From assembly GCA_963668025.2 (NCBI GenBank), contig CAXXTH010000008.1, positions 1 through 64,000 of the forward strand: DNA of 64,000 bases, written 5' to 3'. Source of the DNA: Candidatus Hydrogenedentota bacterium. GTDB taxonomy: Bacteria > Hydrogenedentota > Hydrogenedentia > Hydrogenedentales > SLHB01. Below the pieces are notes generated by a model. The model was not told the DNA's origin, ran no database searches, and saw only the letters and a list, made by a program, of their open reading frames with translations. The stretch's first letter is position 1. Every line of letters begins with the position of its first letter. This document shows positions 20,522-31,252 of the stretch, one piece after another. The position numbers and the translations under genes are program-made.

Positions 20522-22177
20522 ATGGAAAAGCGGCCTAAATACGTGTTTGTCACTGGCGGAGTCGTGTCGTCCGTGGGGAAAGGCGTCGTAGCGGCCAGCC
20601 TGGGGCTCCTGCTCGAATCGCGCGGCCTTACCGTGGCCATGATGAAGCTGGATCCCTATATCAATGTCGACCCCGGCACCATGAATCCCTACGAACACGG
20701 TGAAGTCTTCGTGACCGACGACGGCGCGGAGACTGACCTTGATTTAGGCCATTATCAGCGCTTCACCCACTCCAAGCTCTCACAGAAGAGCAATGTGACC
20801 ACGGGCGGCATTTATAATGCCGTCATCCAGAAGGAACGGCGCGGCGAATATTTGGGCAAAACGGTTCAAGTCATTCCGCACATCACCGACGAGATCAAAT
20901 CACGCATCCGCATGTTGACCGCCGAGCCGGAAGACGAGACGGATGTGGCTATTATTGAAATCGGCGGCACGGTGGGCGACATCGAGAGCCAGCCGTTCCT
21001 TGAAGCCATCCGCCAGTTCTACCTCGATATCGCCCCGACGCCTTGCTGCTTCATCCATGTGACGTTGCTGCCTTACATCGCAGCGGCGGGTGAACTAAAG
21101 ACCAAGCCCACGCAGCATAGCGTCCGCGCCTTGCGCGATATTGGCATATCGCCGAATGTCATTGTCTGCCGCACGGGCAGCGAGAAAGTGGGGCCGGGCC
21201 AGCGCGCCAAGATCGCCATGTTCTGTAATGTGACCAATGACGCCATCATTGGCGCGGAAGACATTTCACCGCTCTACGCCATTCCGCTGAACTTCCACAA
21301 GCAAGGACTGGATACGATTGTCATGAAAGTATTGGACTTGCCAGCCAAAGAAGCCGATTTGGCCCAGTGGGAAGCCATGCTCGATAAAATGCGGAAGCCA
21401 TCCAGGGAGGTGCGGGTGGCCGCCGTGGGCAAATATATCGCCCACGATGATGCGTACAAAAGCATCAACGAAGCGTTCGCCCATGCGGGCATTGCCAATG
21501 ATTGCCGCGTGAAACTGGAATGGGTCGATTCGGAGCAGTTCGAGAATGGCGTCGTGCCAGCGGAAAAGCTCAAGGATTACGATGCGGTGCTCATCGGGCC
21601 CGGATTTGGCCTGCGAGGTATCGAGGGGAAGGTCAAGACCGTTCAATATGTGCGCGAAAGCAAGAAACCTTTTTTGGGCATTTGCTTGGGCATGCAGATC
21701 GCCGTTATCGAATTATGCCGCAATCTCCTGGGCCGCCATGAAGCCAACAGCACCGAGTTCAACACCAACACGCCTGATCCAGTCATCTCGCTATTGACCG
21801 AACAGCAAGGCATCAAGGATATGGGCGGCACCATGCGGCTGGGCGCATACCGTTGCGTGCTCAAACCGGGTACGAAAGCCCAGCAAGCCTATGATACGGA
21901 TGTCATCAGCGAACGCCACCGCCATCGCTATGAGTTCAACAATCTCTACCGGGAAGGGTTGGAAGAGAAGGCGGGCCTCGTGGTGAGCGGCGTCCACCCC
22001 CGCAGCGATCATGAACTCGTCGAGATCATCGAGCTTAAAGACCATCCATGGTTCTGCGCTTCCCAGTTCCATCCTGAGTTTAAGAGCACGCCGCTCAATC
22101 CCCAGCCGCTTTTCCGCGCGCTCATCAAGGCGGCCATCGAGTGCCAGGATGCCAGGCGCAAGGATGCCATCGGCTAG
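20522..22177 (+). CDS. pyrG: CTP synthase
   Basis: FVTGGVVSSVGKG, DPYINVDPGTM, KTKPTQHSV, GICLGMQ, QFHPEF. Confidence 0.99.
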   Translation: MEKRPKYVFVTGGVVSSVGKGVVAASLGLLLESRGLTVAMMKLDPYINVDPGTMNPYEHGEVFVTDDGAETDLDLGHYQRFTHSKLSQKSNVTTGGIYNAVIQKERRGEYLGKTVQVIPHITDEIKSRIRMLTAEPEDETDVAIIEIGGTVGDIESQPFLEAIRQFYLDIAPTPCCFIHVTLLPYIAAAGELKTKPTQHSVRALRDIGISPNVIVCRTGSEKVGPGQRAKIAMFCNVTNDAIIGAEDISPLYAIPLNFHKQGLDTIVMKVLDLPAKEADLAQWEAMLDKMRKPSREVRVAAVGKYIAHDDAYKSINEAFAHAGIANDCRVKLEWVDSEQFENGVVPAEKLKDYDAVLIGPGFGLRGIEGKVKTVQYVRESKKPFLGICLGMQIAVIELCRNLLGRHEANSTEFNTNTPDPVISLLTEQQGIKDMGGTMRLGAYRCVLKPGTKAQQAYDTDVISERHRHRYEFNNLYREGLEEKAGLVVSGVHPRSDHELVEIIELKDHPWFCASQFHPEFKSTPLNPQPLFRALIKAAIECQDARRKDAIG

Positions 22178-22376
22178 CGCTGCTCAAGCCCAGCGTATAA
22201 CATACAGAAGAATTCCAACACGTTATGTTCGTGGTGGCCGCCGTGTGCCAAATCTGGAACACGACGGCCACGGTGATACTTCTTCATGTGAAGTGGTGCT
22301 GTATTCGTTGTTTCATCCAGCGCGAGTTTGCTTTCGGGCAAGCCCATTTGGGCAGGCTCTCCGTTAGCGTTTGGTT

Positions 22377-23567
22377 TCAACCAGGCACTCCTACTGTTCG
22401 CACGTGGGCGAAAGCTGTCGAGCGCAGGCTCCCTACCGCCTGGGGCAAGATGGCCAGAAACCTTCGCACTTCGGCCTCCGTATTGAAGCGGCCCAGCGTG
22501 ATGCGCAACGAGCCGCGCGCGCGAATCGGATCATATCCCATCGCCGTAAGCACATGGGACGGCTGCCCGGCATGGCTGGCGCTGCATGCACTGCCCGATG
22601 AGATGCAAAAACCTTCCGCGTCCAATGCCAACAGAAGCTTAATGGCTTCGCCTTCCAGGCCCGAAAATCCCAAGCAGATATGGCCCGGCAAACGCTGGTA
22701 GCGGTGGCCAATCAAATACGCATTTGGAATGGTTTCGGAAATGGTATCAATGATGTGATCCCTCAGCCGTACTAAGCGGGCCGCTTCCTCAGCCATTTCT
22801 TCCCGGGCGATTTGAGCGGCGCAGCCCGCGCCCACTATTCCAGCCACGTTCTCCGTGGCGGAACGCAAGCCAAACTCCTGCCCGCCGCCATGAATCAGAG
22901 GCATGATGGGCGCGCCTTGCCGGATGTACAACGCACCCACGCCCTTGGGGCCATGGAATTTGTGCGCGGATAGCGACAGCAAATCAAAAGAATGCCGTTC
23001 CGCATCGAGCGGGATCCTGCCAGCCATTTGTACGGCATCCGTGTGAAACAACGCTCCATGCGCATGCGCGACCCGGGCCAGCTCCAGAATGGGCTGAAGC
23101 GTTCCGGCTACGTTATTCGCCGCCATGACGGACACCAGGCGTGTGGCGGGTTTCATCACCTGGGCCAATGCGTCCGGGCTGGCGACGCCATCCCGCCCAA
23201 CTGGCAGGAAAGTGGCCTCCACGCCATGCCGTTGCAAGTAGCGGCAGGTTTCCAGTATAGCCGGATGTTCAATGGCGCTCGTTATAATATGGCAATCACC
23301 CCATCCAAAAGACTCCGCCACGCCGAGCAGCGCCAGATTGTCTGACTCGGTCCCGCTTCCCGTGAAGACGATCTCCTCCGGTTTCGCGTTCAGCAATTCC
23401 GCGATCTGCCCCCGCGCGCGGTCCACGGCCGCCTTTGCCTCACGTCCGGCGGAATGCAGGCTGGAAGGATTGCCAAATGCGCCAGCCAGAAAGGGCCGCA
23501 TGGCCTCGGCGGCGCGGGGCTCCATAGGCGTTGTCGCGGAGTTATCAAAATAGATGCCATCGTGCAT
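22377..23567 (-). CDS. iscS: Class I (IscS/NifS-type) cysteine desulfurase
   Basis: YFDNSATT, GNPSS, HTDAVQ, PLP site SAHKFHGPKG, catalytic SSGSAC. Confidence 0.93.
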   Translation of the reverse strand: MHDGIYFDNSATTPMEPRAAEAMRPFLAGAFGNPSSLHSAGREAKAAVDRARGQIAELLNAKPEEIVFTGSGTESDNLALLGVAESFGWGDCHIITSAIEHPAILETCRYLQRHGVEATFLPVGRDGVASPDALAQVMKPATRLVSVMAANNVAGTLQPILELARVAHAHGALFHTDAVQMAGRIPLDAERHSFDLLSLSAHKFHGPKGVGALYIRQGAPIMPLIHGGGQEFGLRSATENVAGIVGAGCAAQIAREEMAEEAARLVRLRDHIIDTISETIPNAYLIGHRYQRLPGHICLGFSGLEGEAIKLLLALDAEGFCISSGSACSASHAGQPSHVLTAMGYDPIRARGSLRITLGRFNTEAEVRRFLAILPQAVGSLRSTAFAHVRTVGVPG

Positions 23568-23575
23568 ATGCGCGC

Positions 23576-24295
23576 CTATCCTATGAATAGTCCTTCGAGG
23601 CGGATCTGATAGCCTTCGGGTATCCGGTTGAGATAATTGACAAGGCCGCTATGCCGCCATTGAAGCATGCACATACGGGGCTGGAAGAAATACCGCATGC
23701 CAATACGCAGTTCACATTGCGTACGTTTCACCAATCCTTCGTATGCCTCGGCGATGTAATAGCCGATGTCTTTATACCCGTTTGCGCGCGGGCCTAACGG
23801 GCCGGTGACGCACCACGTGAGCACGCCCGTGCGCGCATCCACGGCTGTCACTACGCCGCAATGCGTGATGGGACACCCGCACGACATGCCCAGCGGACGG
23901 CCAATGAGCGTATCGCCCACGGCAATATCCATTTCACGCGTGATCATGGGATTGTGGGGAATGATCACTTCACGCGGGCCTGGATCTTCCGGGAAGTGTT
24001 CGAGATAAAAATCAATGTCGCGCCCAAGGCTATCCACCCAGTCTCCCGCCAAGGCGGTGCTGGAAGCCGCGCTGGGAGCAGCGCACGAGGCGCATGAGGC
24101 ATGGGTATTACCCGCACACGGCGATGCGGCTGGCGCCGCCGCCGCAGTGGATGTTACACGGCTTTCCGAAAGGTGGATGCATCGCTTGGCCATTTCTGGA
24201 TGCTCCGGCAACTGCGCCGCCAAATCCGTACATTTCCGAAAACCGCAGACGCCGCAATTTAGCCCTGGAAGCTCAATACATACTGCTTCACTCAT
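23576..24295 (-). CDS. Fe-S cluster-binding protein (LPxxNCGxCG...C...C N-terminal domain)
   Basis: LPGLNCGVCGFRKC...C; further SCGCPITHC and CMLQWRH motifs. Confidence 0.85.
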   Translation of the reverse strand: MSEAVCIELPGLNCGVCGFRKCTDLAAQLPEHPEMAKRCIHLSESRVTSTAAAAPAASPCAGNTHASCASCAAPSAASSTALAGDWVDSLGRDIDFYLEHFPEDPGPREVIIPHNPMITREMDIAVGDTLIGRPLGMSCGCPITHCGVVTAVDARTGVLTWCVTGPLGPRANGYKDIGYYIAEAYEGLVKRTQCELRIGMRYFFQPRMCMLQWRHSGLVNYLNRIPEGYQIRLEGLFIG

Positions 24296-24298
24296 GGA

Positions 24299-25000
24299 TC
24301 ACTCTCCTCGGTAAAAGTTCTGGTTTTCCAGCGCCCGCACGACGCCAAAGTGCGATTGCCAGCCGATTTCTTTTTTGCCCACGCAAATGGTGCATGTCCC
24401 CACGGGCGGATTGCCGCGCAGCATCAACTGCTCCGGCACATCAGGAGTCTGAAGGACATGGTCCACAAGCGGGTCAATGCCTATGCCATACAAGGCATTT
24501 GCTTCCCGCACGCGTACGTCCGGGGCCGCCTCCAAAATGCGCGCGCGAAACACTTCGCGCTCCGCCTGGGACACCAGATCGATTTTAGTGACAACGGCGA
24601 TGTCGGCAAGTGACAGCATAGGCCCGACTTTCCGGGGAAGATTCATGCCGCTGGTCGCTTCCATGACCATAATCCCAAGCCCGCCATCCACATACGGGGC
24701 GCAACGGAGGCAAAGCCCGGCTGTTTCCACCAGCAGGATATCGGAACTGGTCTCCTCCGCCCATTTCAGCGCATCGCCCAATACAAGCACGCTACAGTGA
24801 TCCGGGCACAGTTCTCCCGAGTAGATTTTTTTGGTGGGTATTTCGAACTCTTGTGCAAACAGTTCGTCTTCATCCGCGTACTGCACGTCAATCTTCAAAA
24901 AAGCGAGATGGCGGCCAGCCGCAATCAGTTTGCGCGCCATATGGCGCAACACGGATGTCTTGCCCGTCGTAGCCGGGCCTGCGCAAATCACGAGTTTCAT
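24299..25000 (-). CDS. HypB/UreG-like (G3E) metal-binding GTPase
   Basis: GPATTGKT, LCPDH, ETAGLCLRCAP, TKID (G4), C-terminal CTIC. Confidence 0.88.
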   Translation of the reverse strand: MKLVICAGPATTGKTSVLRHMARKLIAAGRHLAFLKIDVQYADEDELFAQEFEIPTKKIYSGELCPDHCSVLVLGDALKWAEETSSDILLVETAGLCLRCAPYVDGGLGIMVMEATSGMNLPRKVGPMLSLADIAVVTKIDLVSQAEREVFRARILEAAPDVRVREANALYGIGIDPLVDHVLQTPDVPEQLMLRGNPPVGTCTICVGKKEIGWQSHFGVVRALENQNFYRGE

Positions 25001-25815
25001 GTGGACGCTCCTTCCGAAATGGCTCTAAACGCTTCTAAACCCGCGAAATCCTTGTTCTCCAAGCAGCCGCCCATGCGGAGCGTATCCCGTAGATGCGAAA
25101 GCATGTCATCGAGCTTGCTCACGGTTAACGCCAACCGGCGCTCCGCGGCGTCGGTATGGATCACCTTGGTGATGCATCCCCCCTGCATGACAATGCGGAA
25201 ATCCGACAACAGCGCGATGCGCGGATCATGCGTCACAAAAATGAAAATCTTGCGGTATTGGCGGAGCAGCTCGAGCGCCCGCGTGCGATGAATGCCCGCA
25301 TTTTCCACTTCGTCCAACAGCACAATGGGAGTGTTGCAGATGATGGTGGCGTCGGCGATAAGCAGCGCGCGGGTCTGTCCGCCGGAAAGCTCGGTCATCC
25401 GGTTATCCAGGATGATGGGCTCGCCCGTCAACTGGTTGGCGAACGCCAGCGTTTGCGCCACCAACGAGTCCACTTGCGAACCATCCAAGCTGCGAATCCG
25501 CGCGTGAATGCTCAAGAAAACTCGCACCGGCAGATCCGAGAGGAAATTCGTGTGCTGCGTGATCAAGGCAATGGGATTCATCGCGGGATCGTCACGGTAA
25601 ATGCTGGGCGGGCGCTCCCCATTGATCAGCACCCTGCGGCCGGTCGGCGTGTCTCCATTGGCGAACAGCTCAATATCGTTGATGAGCGTGGTTTTTCCGG
25701 AGCCTGTCGGGCCGACAATGCTCACCACGTCGCCCATCTTCAAGTCAATGCGCTGAACCAGCTCAGCGGCATGGGCCTTGCCGTTGCCTCCAAGAATAGT
25801 AATCGTGTCAATCAT
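24997..25815 (-). CDS. ABC-type ATPase with no adjacent permease
   Basis: GPTGSGKT, LSGGQ signature, VLLDEVE, VTHD; overlaps the GTPase start. Confidence 0.9.
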   Translation of the reverse strand: MIDTITILGGNGKAHAAELVQRIDLKMGDVVSIVGPTGSGKTTLINDIELFANGDTPTGRRVLINGERPPSIYRDDPAMNPIALITQHTNFLSDLPVRVFLSIHARIRSLDGSQVDSLVAQTLAFANQLTGEPIILDNRMTELSGGQTRALLIADATIICNTPIVLLDEVENAGIHRTRALELLRQYRKIFIFVTHDPRIALLSDFRIVMQGGCITKVIHTDAAERRLALTVSKLDDMLSHLRDTLRMGGCLENKDFAGLEAFRAISEGAST

Positions 25816-25884
25816 AGAATACTTTTCCTCCTTGTTATATTTAGCAAATCGTTTTTGTCTGCTAAATGGGCAAAAAAAAGCTAC

Positions 25885-26286
25885 TTACAGCACATCCGCC
25901 AGCGTGGTATTTTCCAGTTTATTCGCGACAAAATCGCGTATCTCCCGAAACACATTCAAGAGGCCTTCTTCCTTCTCAATCGGCGTCGATTCATAGAAAT
26001 ACTTGCTTACCGATTCCGTTGGGGCTAATGCGCCATCCAGAAGGCGGACCACTTCGGCCAAGCAGATCTCTTCGGGCCGCCGCGCAAGGCGATATCCCCC
26101 ATGCTGGCCTTTGGAACTATGCACATAATGCGCCCGCTTCAACGCAAGCAGAATCTGTTGCAGGAACTTGGGCGGAATGCCTTGTTCTTGCGCGATAGCC
26201 TCGCCGCTTATTGCTTCGTCCGACTCATTCCGAGCCAAACAAAGCAGAGCAAGCAGCGCATATTCGCTACGGCTTGTCAGTTTCAT
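25885..26286 (-). CDS. Rrf2-family regulator (CymR-like, lacking Fe-S Cys ligands)
   Basis: YALLAL, IP.KFLQQIL, S.KG..GGY.L; C-terminal region lacks the IscR Cys triad. Confidence 0.92.
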   Translation of the reverse strand: MKLTSRSEYALLALLCLARNESDEAISGEAIAQEQGIPPKFLQQILLALKRAHYVHSSKGQHGGYRLARRPEEICLAEVVRLLDGALAPTESVSKYFYESTPIEKEEGLLNVFREIRDFVANKLENTTLADVL

Positions 26287-26507
26287 ATCACCAAACCAAA
26301 CTTTCCCGGTAGACTAAGTATCATATCATCCAGAAAAATGCAACTCTTTTATGCGGGGCAAGAACAATAACGGTCAGATAGGATAAATCCGTATACTGTT
26401 CTTAGAACAGGAGGATTTCGAGCTAACGAAACACCAAACGCATTATGTGAAAATGGGTTTATCTATACCGTGATACCATGATATTAACGGATTTTCGATT
26501 CATTTTC

Positions 26508-26536
26508 TTGACTTCTTCCTAGGGCTTTTCCATAAT
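26508..26536 (+). promoter_or_regulatory. Sigma70-type promoter TTGACT-N17-CATAAT
   Basis: Consensus spacing; AGAGGAG RBS before ATG 26587. Confidence 0.55.
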
Positions 26537-27277
26537 CATAAGTAGCTGGCTTTTCATTCGTTAAACAACTAAGAGGAGTTTCAGCAATGCTCAAGATGGT
26601 CTTGTTGGTTTTGAGTATCACCTCCGCCACCGAAGGGCTACAGCTCCACGATCTTCTTCAACAGGCGGGCGCAAGGAGCTTGGCGGCATCTTCAGGAGAA
26701 TTCCAGACCACTGTTGCGGGATATGTATATCCCGGTACTACTGAAGAGTCGAATTATAATTCCGCCCATAACGACTTCGAGTCTGCCCTGAATAGTATCG
26801 CTAAAACAGCTCAGCCTGGGATGCCACCAGATGACATGGAGCAAGTTTTTGGCAAGTTTGACGCGGAACACTGGCTGCCTCTTTATCGACGCTCGGAGTC
26901 AATCGTTTACCGTGAAGACCTTTTTCGGTACTCCCAGAGTATTTCGCGCGAAAGCCTCGATTACACAATAAGAACTCAGGCCGGATCCCCAATGGACTGG
27001 AAGATACAAAGGTTTTCCCCAATTGAAAGAAGAAATATCGTCATCGACGATATCCCCACCGAAGTGGCCTTCGATGGCTCGTTCCAGTACAGTGTTATGG
27101 GCAAAGAGCTTCGAGTTACTCATCCCGGCTCACTTAGCGCACAATACAGGATCTCCGCCCTAGACATGTCAATGTACAGGAGGGATCAGATCCCCGAGGA
27201 AAGCTATGTCAGGAAAGATCAGGAGCTAATATATAAGCAACTGGACGATGATACGTATCTTTACAGGGCTTACGCAT

Positions 27278-28435
27278 CTAAATTCCCAGTAAACGTAGAA
27301 GGTATTCGGGGTCGAGTGCAGCAGCGAAGCGCTTGCCCCTGAGGAAATCTTTGTTGGTCTTGTCTTTCTTGAGGAGGTTGAGTGTAATTCTCCTCAAGGA
27401 GGCGAGATTCTGGGCGGCGTTTCTTGTTCGGGCGCGGTTGTCGTCTTCGCGAAAGATAATGTCTAGGCACCAGTGCAAATTGTTTTCCACGCCCCAGTGT
27501 CCACGCACGGCGTGGGCGAATCGTCGTGCGTCGAGGGGCAGGCTGCTCAAGTAGTAGCGCCGCTCGATGGTGTTCTTCCCTTTTTCCTTGCGGATGGACT
27601 CGACCATGCCGAAACTCTTGAGGCCCTTCCAAAGTCCTTTGTCCTCGAACCAGCCCAAGTCGGTGGATTGCCAGTATCGGCGGGTTTCGATGCGGCCATG
27701 CCCCTTGTCGATGGTCTGGTGGAAATCCATCCGTGTGGCGTCGGCTGTTGGCGCGCACTGGGTGGCGCAAGGGGGAACGGCGTCCTTGAAAAAGGCCTTC
27801 ACTTCTTCTAGGGCGGTGGCGTGGTTGCCTTTGAGGGCCAGCACGTAGTCGGCCTGCCGTTGGATAATGTGGGAGGCGATATCCTTCTGGCAGCCCATGG
27901 CGTCCAGGGTGACGATGGCTCCCTTGAGCTTTAAGGCGTTGAGGAGTTTGGGGACGGCGGTGATTTCGTTGGATTTCTCGTCCACCTTGACCTGCCCCAG
28001 CGCCAGGCCGTGCTCGCAAGCCCATGCGCTGACGATGTAGGGGATGGCCTCCCCCTGATTCAAGGCGCGCCGCAGGGCTTTGCCGTCAATGGCGGCGACC
28101 TCATCGCTCAGATTGGGGCAAATGCCCTACACCCATTGGCCGAAGCACTCCAGGAAGGCATGGGGGTCGAGGGCGGAAAAGACCCGGTTGAAGGTGTCGT
28201 GCGAGGGGATGCCGCCGGGCAATTCCAGGAAGCCCTTCAGCCAATCCTCCCGGAGCCAGCCGAAGCGCTCCATATCCGAAAAGCTCTCCCCGCCCACGAG
28301 GGCTGAGCATAGCCCAATCATCAAGATGTCAATGAAGTTGTGCCTGCGGGTCCGGTCCATGCGGGGATCAGGCAGGCCCGCGAAACACTCGATAATAGGC
28401 TTGGGCTTGGGCAGGGATTTCTTTTCAGCGGTCAT
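27278..28435 (-). pseudogene. ISAs1 transposase with premature stop
   Basis: CAG>TAG at 28127-28129 relative to copy 1. Confidence 0.9.
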
Positions 28436-28506
28436 GGGGTGTTCCTTTCATTCATGCGCCGAAGCACTGTTGACTCTAGTATATAGAATTCTATATATTA
28501 AAATCC

Positions 28507-28806
28507 ATGAAGCACACCAAAAAGATGCAAGCATTGCTGGAGCGCATGGCGCAGATTGAGCGGATGGAGCGCGGAAAGCTCTGTCAAATGGGCGGGCGTC
28601 CCCACTTTAACCACCAGAGCTGGGAGAACGAGAAGAACGTGGTTCGCTATGTGCCGGCGCGCGAAACCGAGTTCCTAAAAGAGGCCATCAATGGCTACCA
28701 GGCTTTCATGAAGCTGGCTGAACGCTACGTGGACGAAGTCGTCAAGCAAACCCGCCGTGAGCGCGCAAAGACCTTCCCCCAAGCGAAAAATCCCAGGCCA
28801 CGTTGA
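28507..28806 (+). CDS. Small IS-encoded protein (DUF6788-like), copy 2
   Basis: Identical to 10684-10983. Confidence 0.75.
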   Translation: MKHTKKMQALLERMAQIERMERGKLCQMGGRPHFNHQSWENEKNVVRYVPARETEFLKEAINGYQAFMKLAERYVDEVVKQTRRERAKTFPQAKNPRPR

Positions 28807-29411
28807 CAGAAAAAATCATGCACAACAGGATAAATCGACTCTTGAGCACTATTAGATGCGTAAGCCCTGCGTATCTTTATGGACTGCGGGACAAAGAGAT
28901 GGGAGATTGTGTCGAGCACGTTTTTTCGCTTAAGTATGCAAGTCTTGTGCGGGTCACACAGACTAGTAGAGAAGGGCGCGTTGTTCGCGATATGCGCTGG
29001 CTCTACTTCCAACCATCAAGCACTTCTGTGTATTTGCCCAGATTTTATGTGGAATTCTCAGCAACCCACGGGGAACCATGCAAAGTCTTGGTAAAATGCA
29101 TCCAGAACTGGTCTCTTCGCCCTGTCGAGAACAGCGAATTTCGTATTTCGCCGGACACATATACAAAATCTACCAATGAGGCCGCGGAAACGGAGCCTGG
29201 CCCTGAGGAAGAAACGCGCAATCTTGCTGCCGGGCTTGGTAACAAGTGACTCATTAGTCACTGTGCCAAAATAAAGTACAAAAAAGTCAAGATAACGCGA
29301 CGGATGGCAATAGTAAGCGCTCCGGAAAAACACGCCTAGTTCCCCGCGCCCCAGTGGTGGTAGAATCCAGATCTATTGCCTTCTCCCACTCAGTTTCACT
29401 CATGCTTCTTG

Positions 29412-30491
29412 TTAACCCCAACCGCCGATCAAGCCAAGCATATTGTAAGAGCGGTCCGGGCCATAACACGCGGCATAGTAGTAGCTGGGCGCTATCACCA
29501 TAGGCGCACCCTGATTCAGCTTTCTGAATTCGATATGGCCGTCCATAAACATGATATTGGAGCCGCTTGGAGAGTGATTAAACCGGCTGGAAGGCTTGTC
29601 CGCCTCCCCAGCATACTTATGGCCTTCTCCGCCATATGCGTCAAACATCACGAAAAGAACGCTTTGGGCCATTGCGCCGGAGGCCGGATTATTGATGTCG
29701 GTAATGAAGAAGCGCTCAACTCCTTCACGCAAGAGAAAATATTGGCTCGGCAACTTGTTGCCGTCGTCATCGGTCAAATTGTCGTCCACGTTATTTCTCG
29801 TTACTGTCTTTTTGTCCAGATCAGTTTCACCCATTTCCGTGTAGTGTGCAAGAAAACTCCATGTATCGGGGCACCCCATACTCGCAACTGAGTCTTTTTC
29901 GTACATTTCGTAGTTATTGTCATGATTGGTCCAGCCCCATTCGAGTAAAACATTGGTCACTTGGATGAGCTGGGAGGTCGTTTTCATGGCATACCTGGTG
30001 TAGCAATACGAAACCGGCATGCTGATTAAGGCATTCAAACAAGGCTCTTTGGTTGCTTTTGTCGCCACGTTGAATCCCGATACTGTCGGAGCTGATAGAT
30101 TACTCACTGTGTTGACTTGGCCAGGATAATCATCATCGATCCCAATGCTGTCGCCCTTATAGTTGAAGTCTGCCCGGGAATCCGACGGACAGATTACGAT
30201 GTTCAAATCGTTCCAATAATCTGGATACAGGGACAGTCCATCAAATCCGCCCTCCGAACCCAGCCCATCAAATAGCCATTTTACCTTGTTGGGGAATTTT
30301 CCCTGGTTTTCATTGGCATACATCTTGAAGATGACGCCAAACTGTTTAAGGTTGCTTGAACAAGATGCCCGCCGGGCTTGTTCCCGTGCGCGCGATAAAG
30401 CGGGAAGCAGGATGGCTGCCAATATCGCTATGATGCCGATCACCACCAAGAGCTCAATTAACGTGAAACCTTTTCTGCCTTTTTTCATCAT
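29412..30491 (-). CDS. DUF1559 prepilin-type N-terminal cleavage / H-X9-DG protein
   Basis: [43 protein letters not shown]-x9-DGH. Confidence 0.93.
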   Translation of the reverse strand: MMKKGRKGFTLIELLVVIGIIAILAAILLPALSRAREQARRASCSSNLKQFGVIFKMYANENQGKFPNKVKWLFDGLGSEGGFDGLSLYPDYWNDLNIVICPSDSRADFNYKGDSIGIDDDYPGQVNTVSNLSAPTVSGFNVATKATKEPCLNALISMPVSYCYTRYAMKTTSQLIQVTNVLLEWGWTNHDNNYEMYEKDSVASMGCPDTWSFLAHYTEMGETDLDKKTVTRNNVDDNLTDDDGNKLPSQYFLLREGVERFFITDINNPASGAMAQSVLFVMFDAYGGEGHKYAGEADKPSSRFNHSPSGSNIMFMDGHIEFRKLNQGAPMVIAPSYYYAACYGPDRSYNMLGLIGGWG

Positions 30492-30714
30492 ATCTACTCC
30501 TTTTTGATGGTTGGCGAATAGGTGCGTTTCGAAGCCCTGTCATTCTATTGCGGTAGTCTAGATAACCTCCTTACCGGAAACATAGTCAGAGAAAAATACC
30601 TCATCGCATCTTTTGTAGAGCCAATCACTTGCCATGCTCATTGGATATTCCCGATAAAACCTATTCTTGCAAGATCCTTCATGGCCGTAGGTATTTGTTC
30701 TCGTTAATAGCATT

Positions 30715-30744
30715 ATTATACAACGTGATCGATCACTCTGTCCA
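30715..30744 (-). promoter_or_regulatory. Promoter TGGACA-N18-TATAAT with palindrome GTGATCGATCAC in the spacer
   Basis: Perfect 12-bp palindrome at 30725-30736 upstream of the DUF1559 gene. Confidence 0.55.
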
Positions 30745-31154
30745 TAGTTTTTTACTCGAATCCTTGCCTGTGTATCTCCTGAGTTTATGATTCAGTTCAA
30801 TTATCAACAATCTCGTAAGTCTCCAACACACCTCATGCGCCTAAATGGATTGCCTTGAGCACACATAATCAAAGTTATAGCAAGATGCCAAGAAATTGTA
30901 GATGGAACCGGCCAGCAGGGGGCAGCGCCGAATGCTTTCGCCGTTACGCCGAATGGACATGGCAAAATAAAGGGAAATAAATGTCGTGCCGCCAGGATGA
31001 AAATAGGGGAAGAGGTTGTTTTTACCTGTGCGCTATGGCACAATTTGGCGCGCTTGGCGGTATGCTAAAAATGCGGCGAAATGCAGTGAATGGAGGCATT
31101 TATCCTAAAGATGGCATAGTGCAGTGAAACCGCAACCAAAAAAAACGGATACTA

Positions 31155-31252
31155 ACCACGAAGATCACGTAGAACACGAAGGTTATTAACAGATGACACA
31201 GATAAAATTTGGAGCAAATATCGTTTCTCTGCGTGTCCTTCGTGCTCGTGGT
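31155..31252. repeat. Imperfect inverted repeat with 9-nt periodic arms (CACGAA-type)
   Basis: ACCACGAAGATCACGTAGAACACGAAGG versus CCTTCGTGCTCGTGGT. Confidence 0.5.

Larger units (their letters stand above)
27264..28869 (-). mobile_element. ISAs1-family insertion sequence, copy 2 (1606 bp)
   Basis: Same terminal IRs; 10-bp duplication CGTATCTTTA at 27254-63 and 28870-79. Confidence 0.96.
26587..29249 (+). pseudogene. Hypothetical secreted protein disrupted by ISAs1 copy 2
   Basis: Signal-like N-terminus; removing the IS and one target copy restores ...DDTYLYGLRDKEMG... through to TGA 29249. Confidence 0.8.

Noticed and set aside
9441-28869. Composite transposon bounded by the two ISAs1 copies
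   Set aside because: Each copy has its own matching 10-bp target duplication, so they are independent insertions
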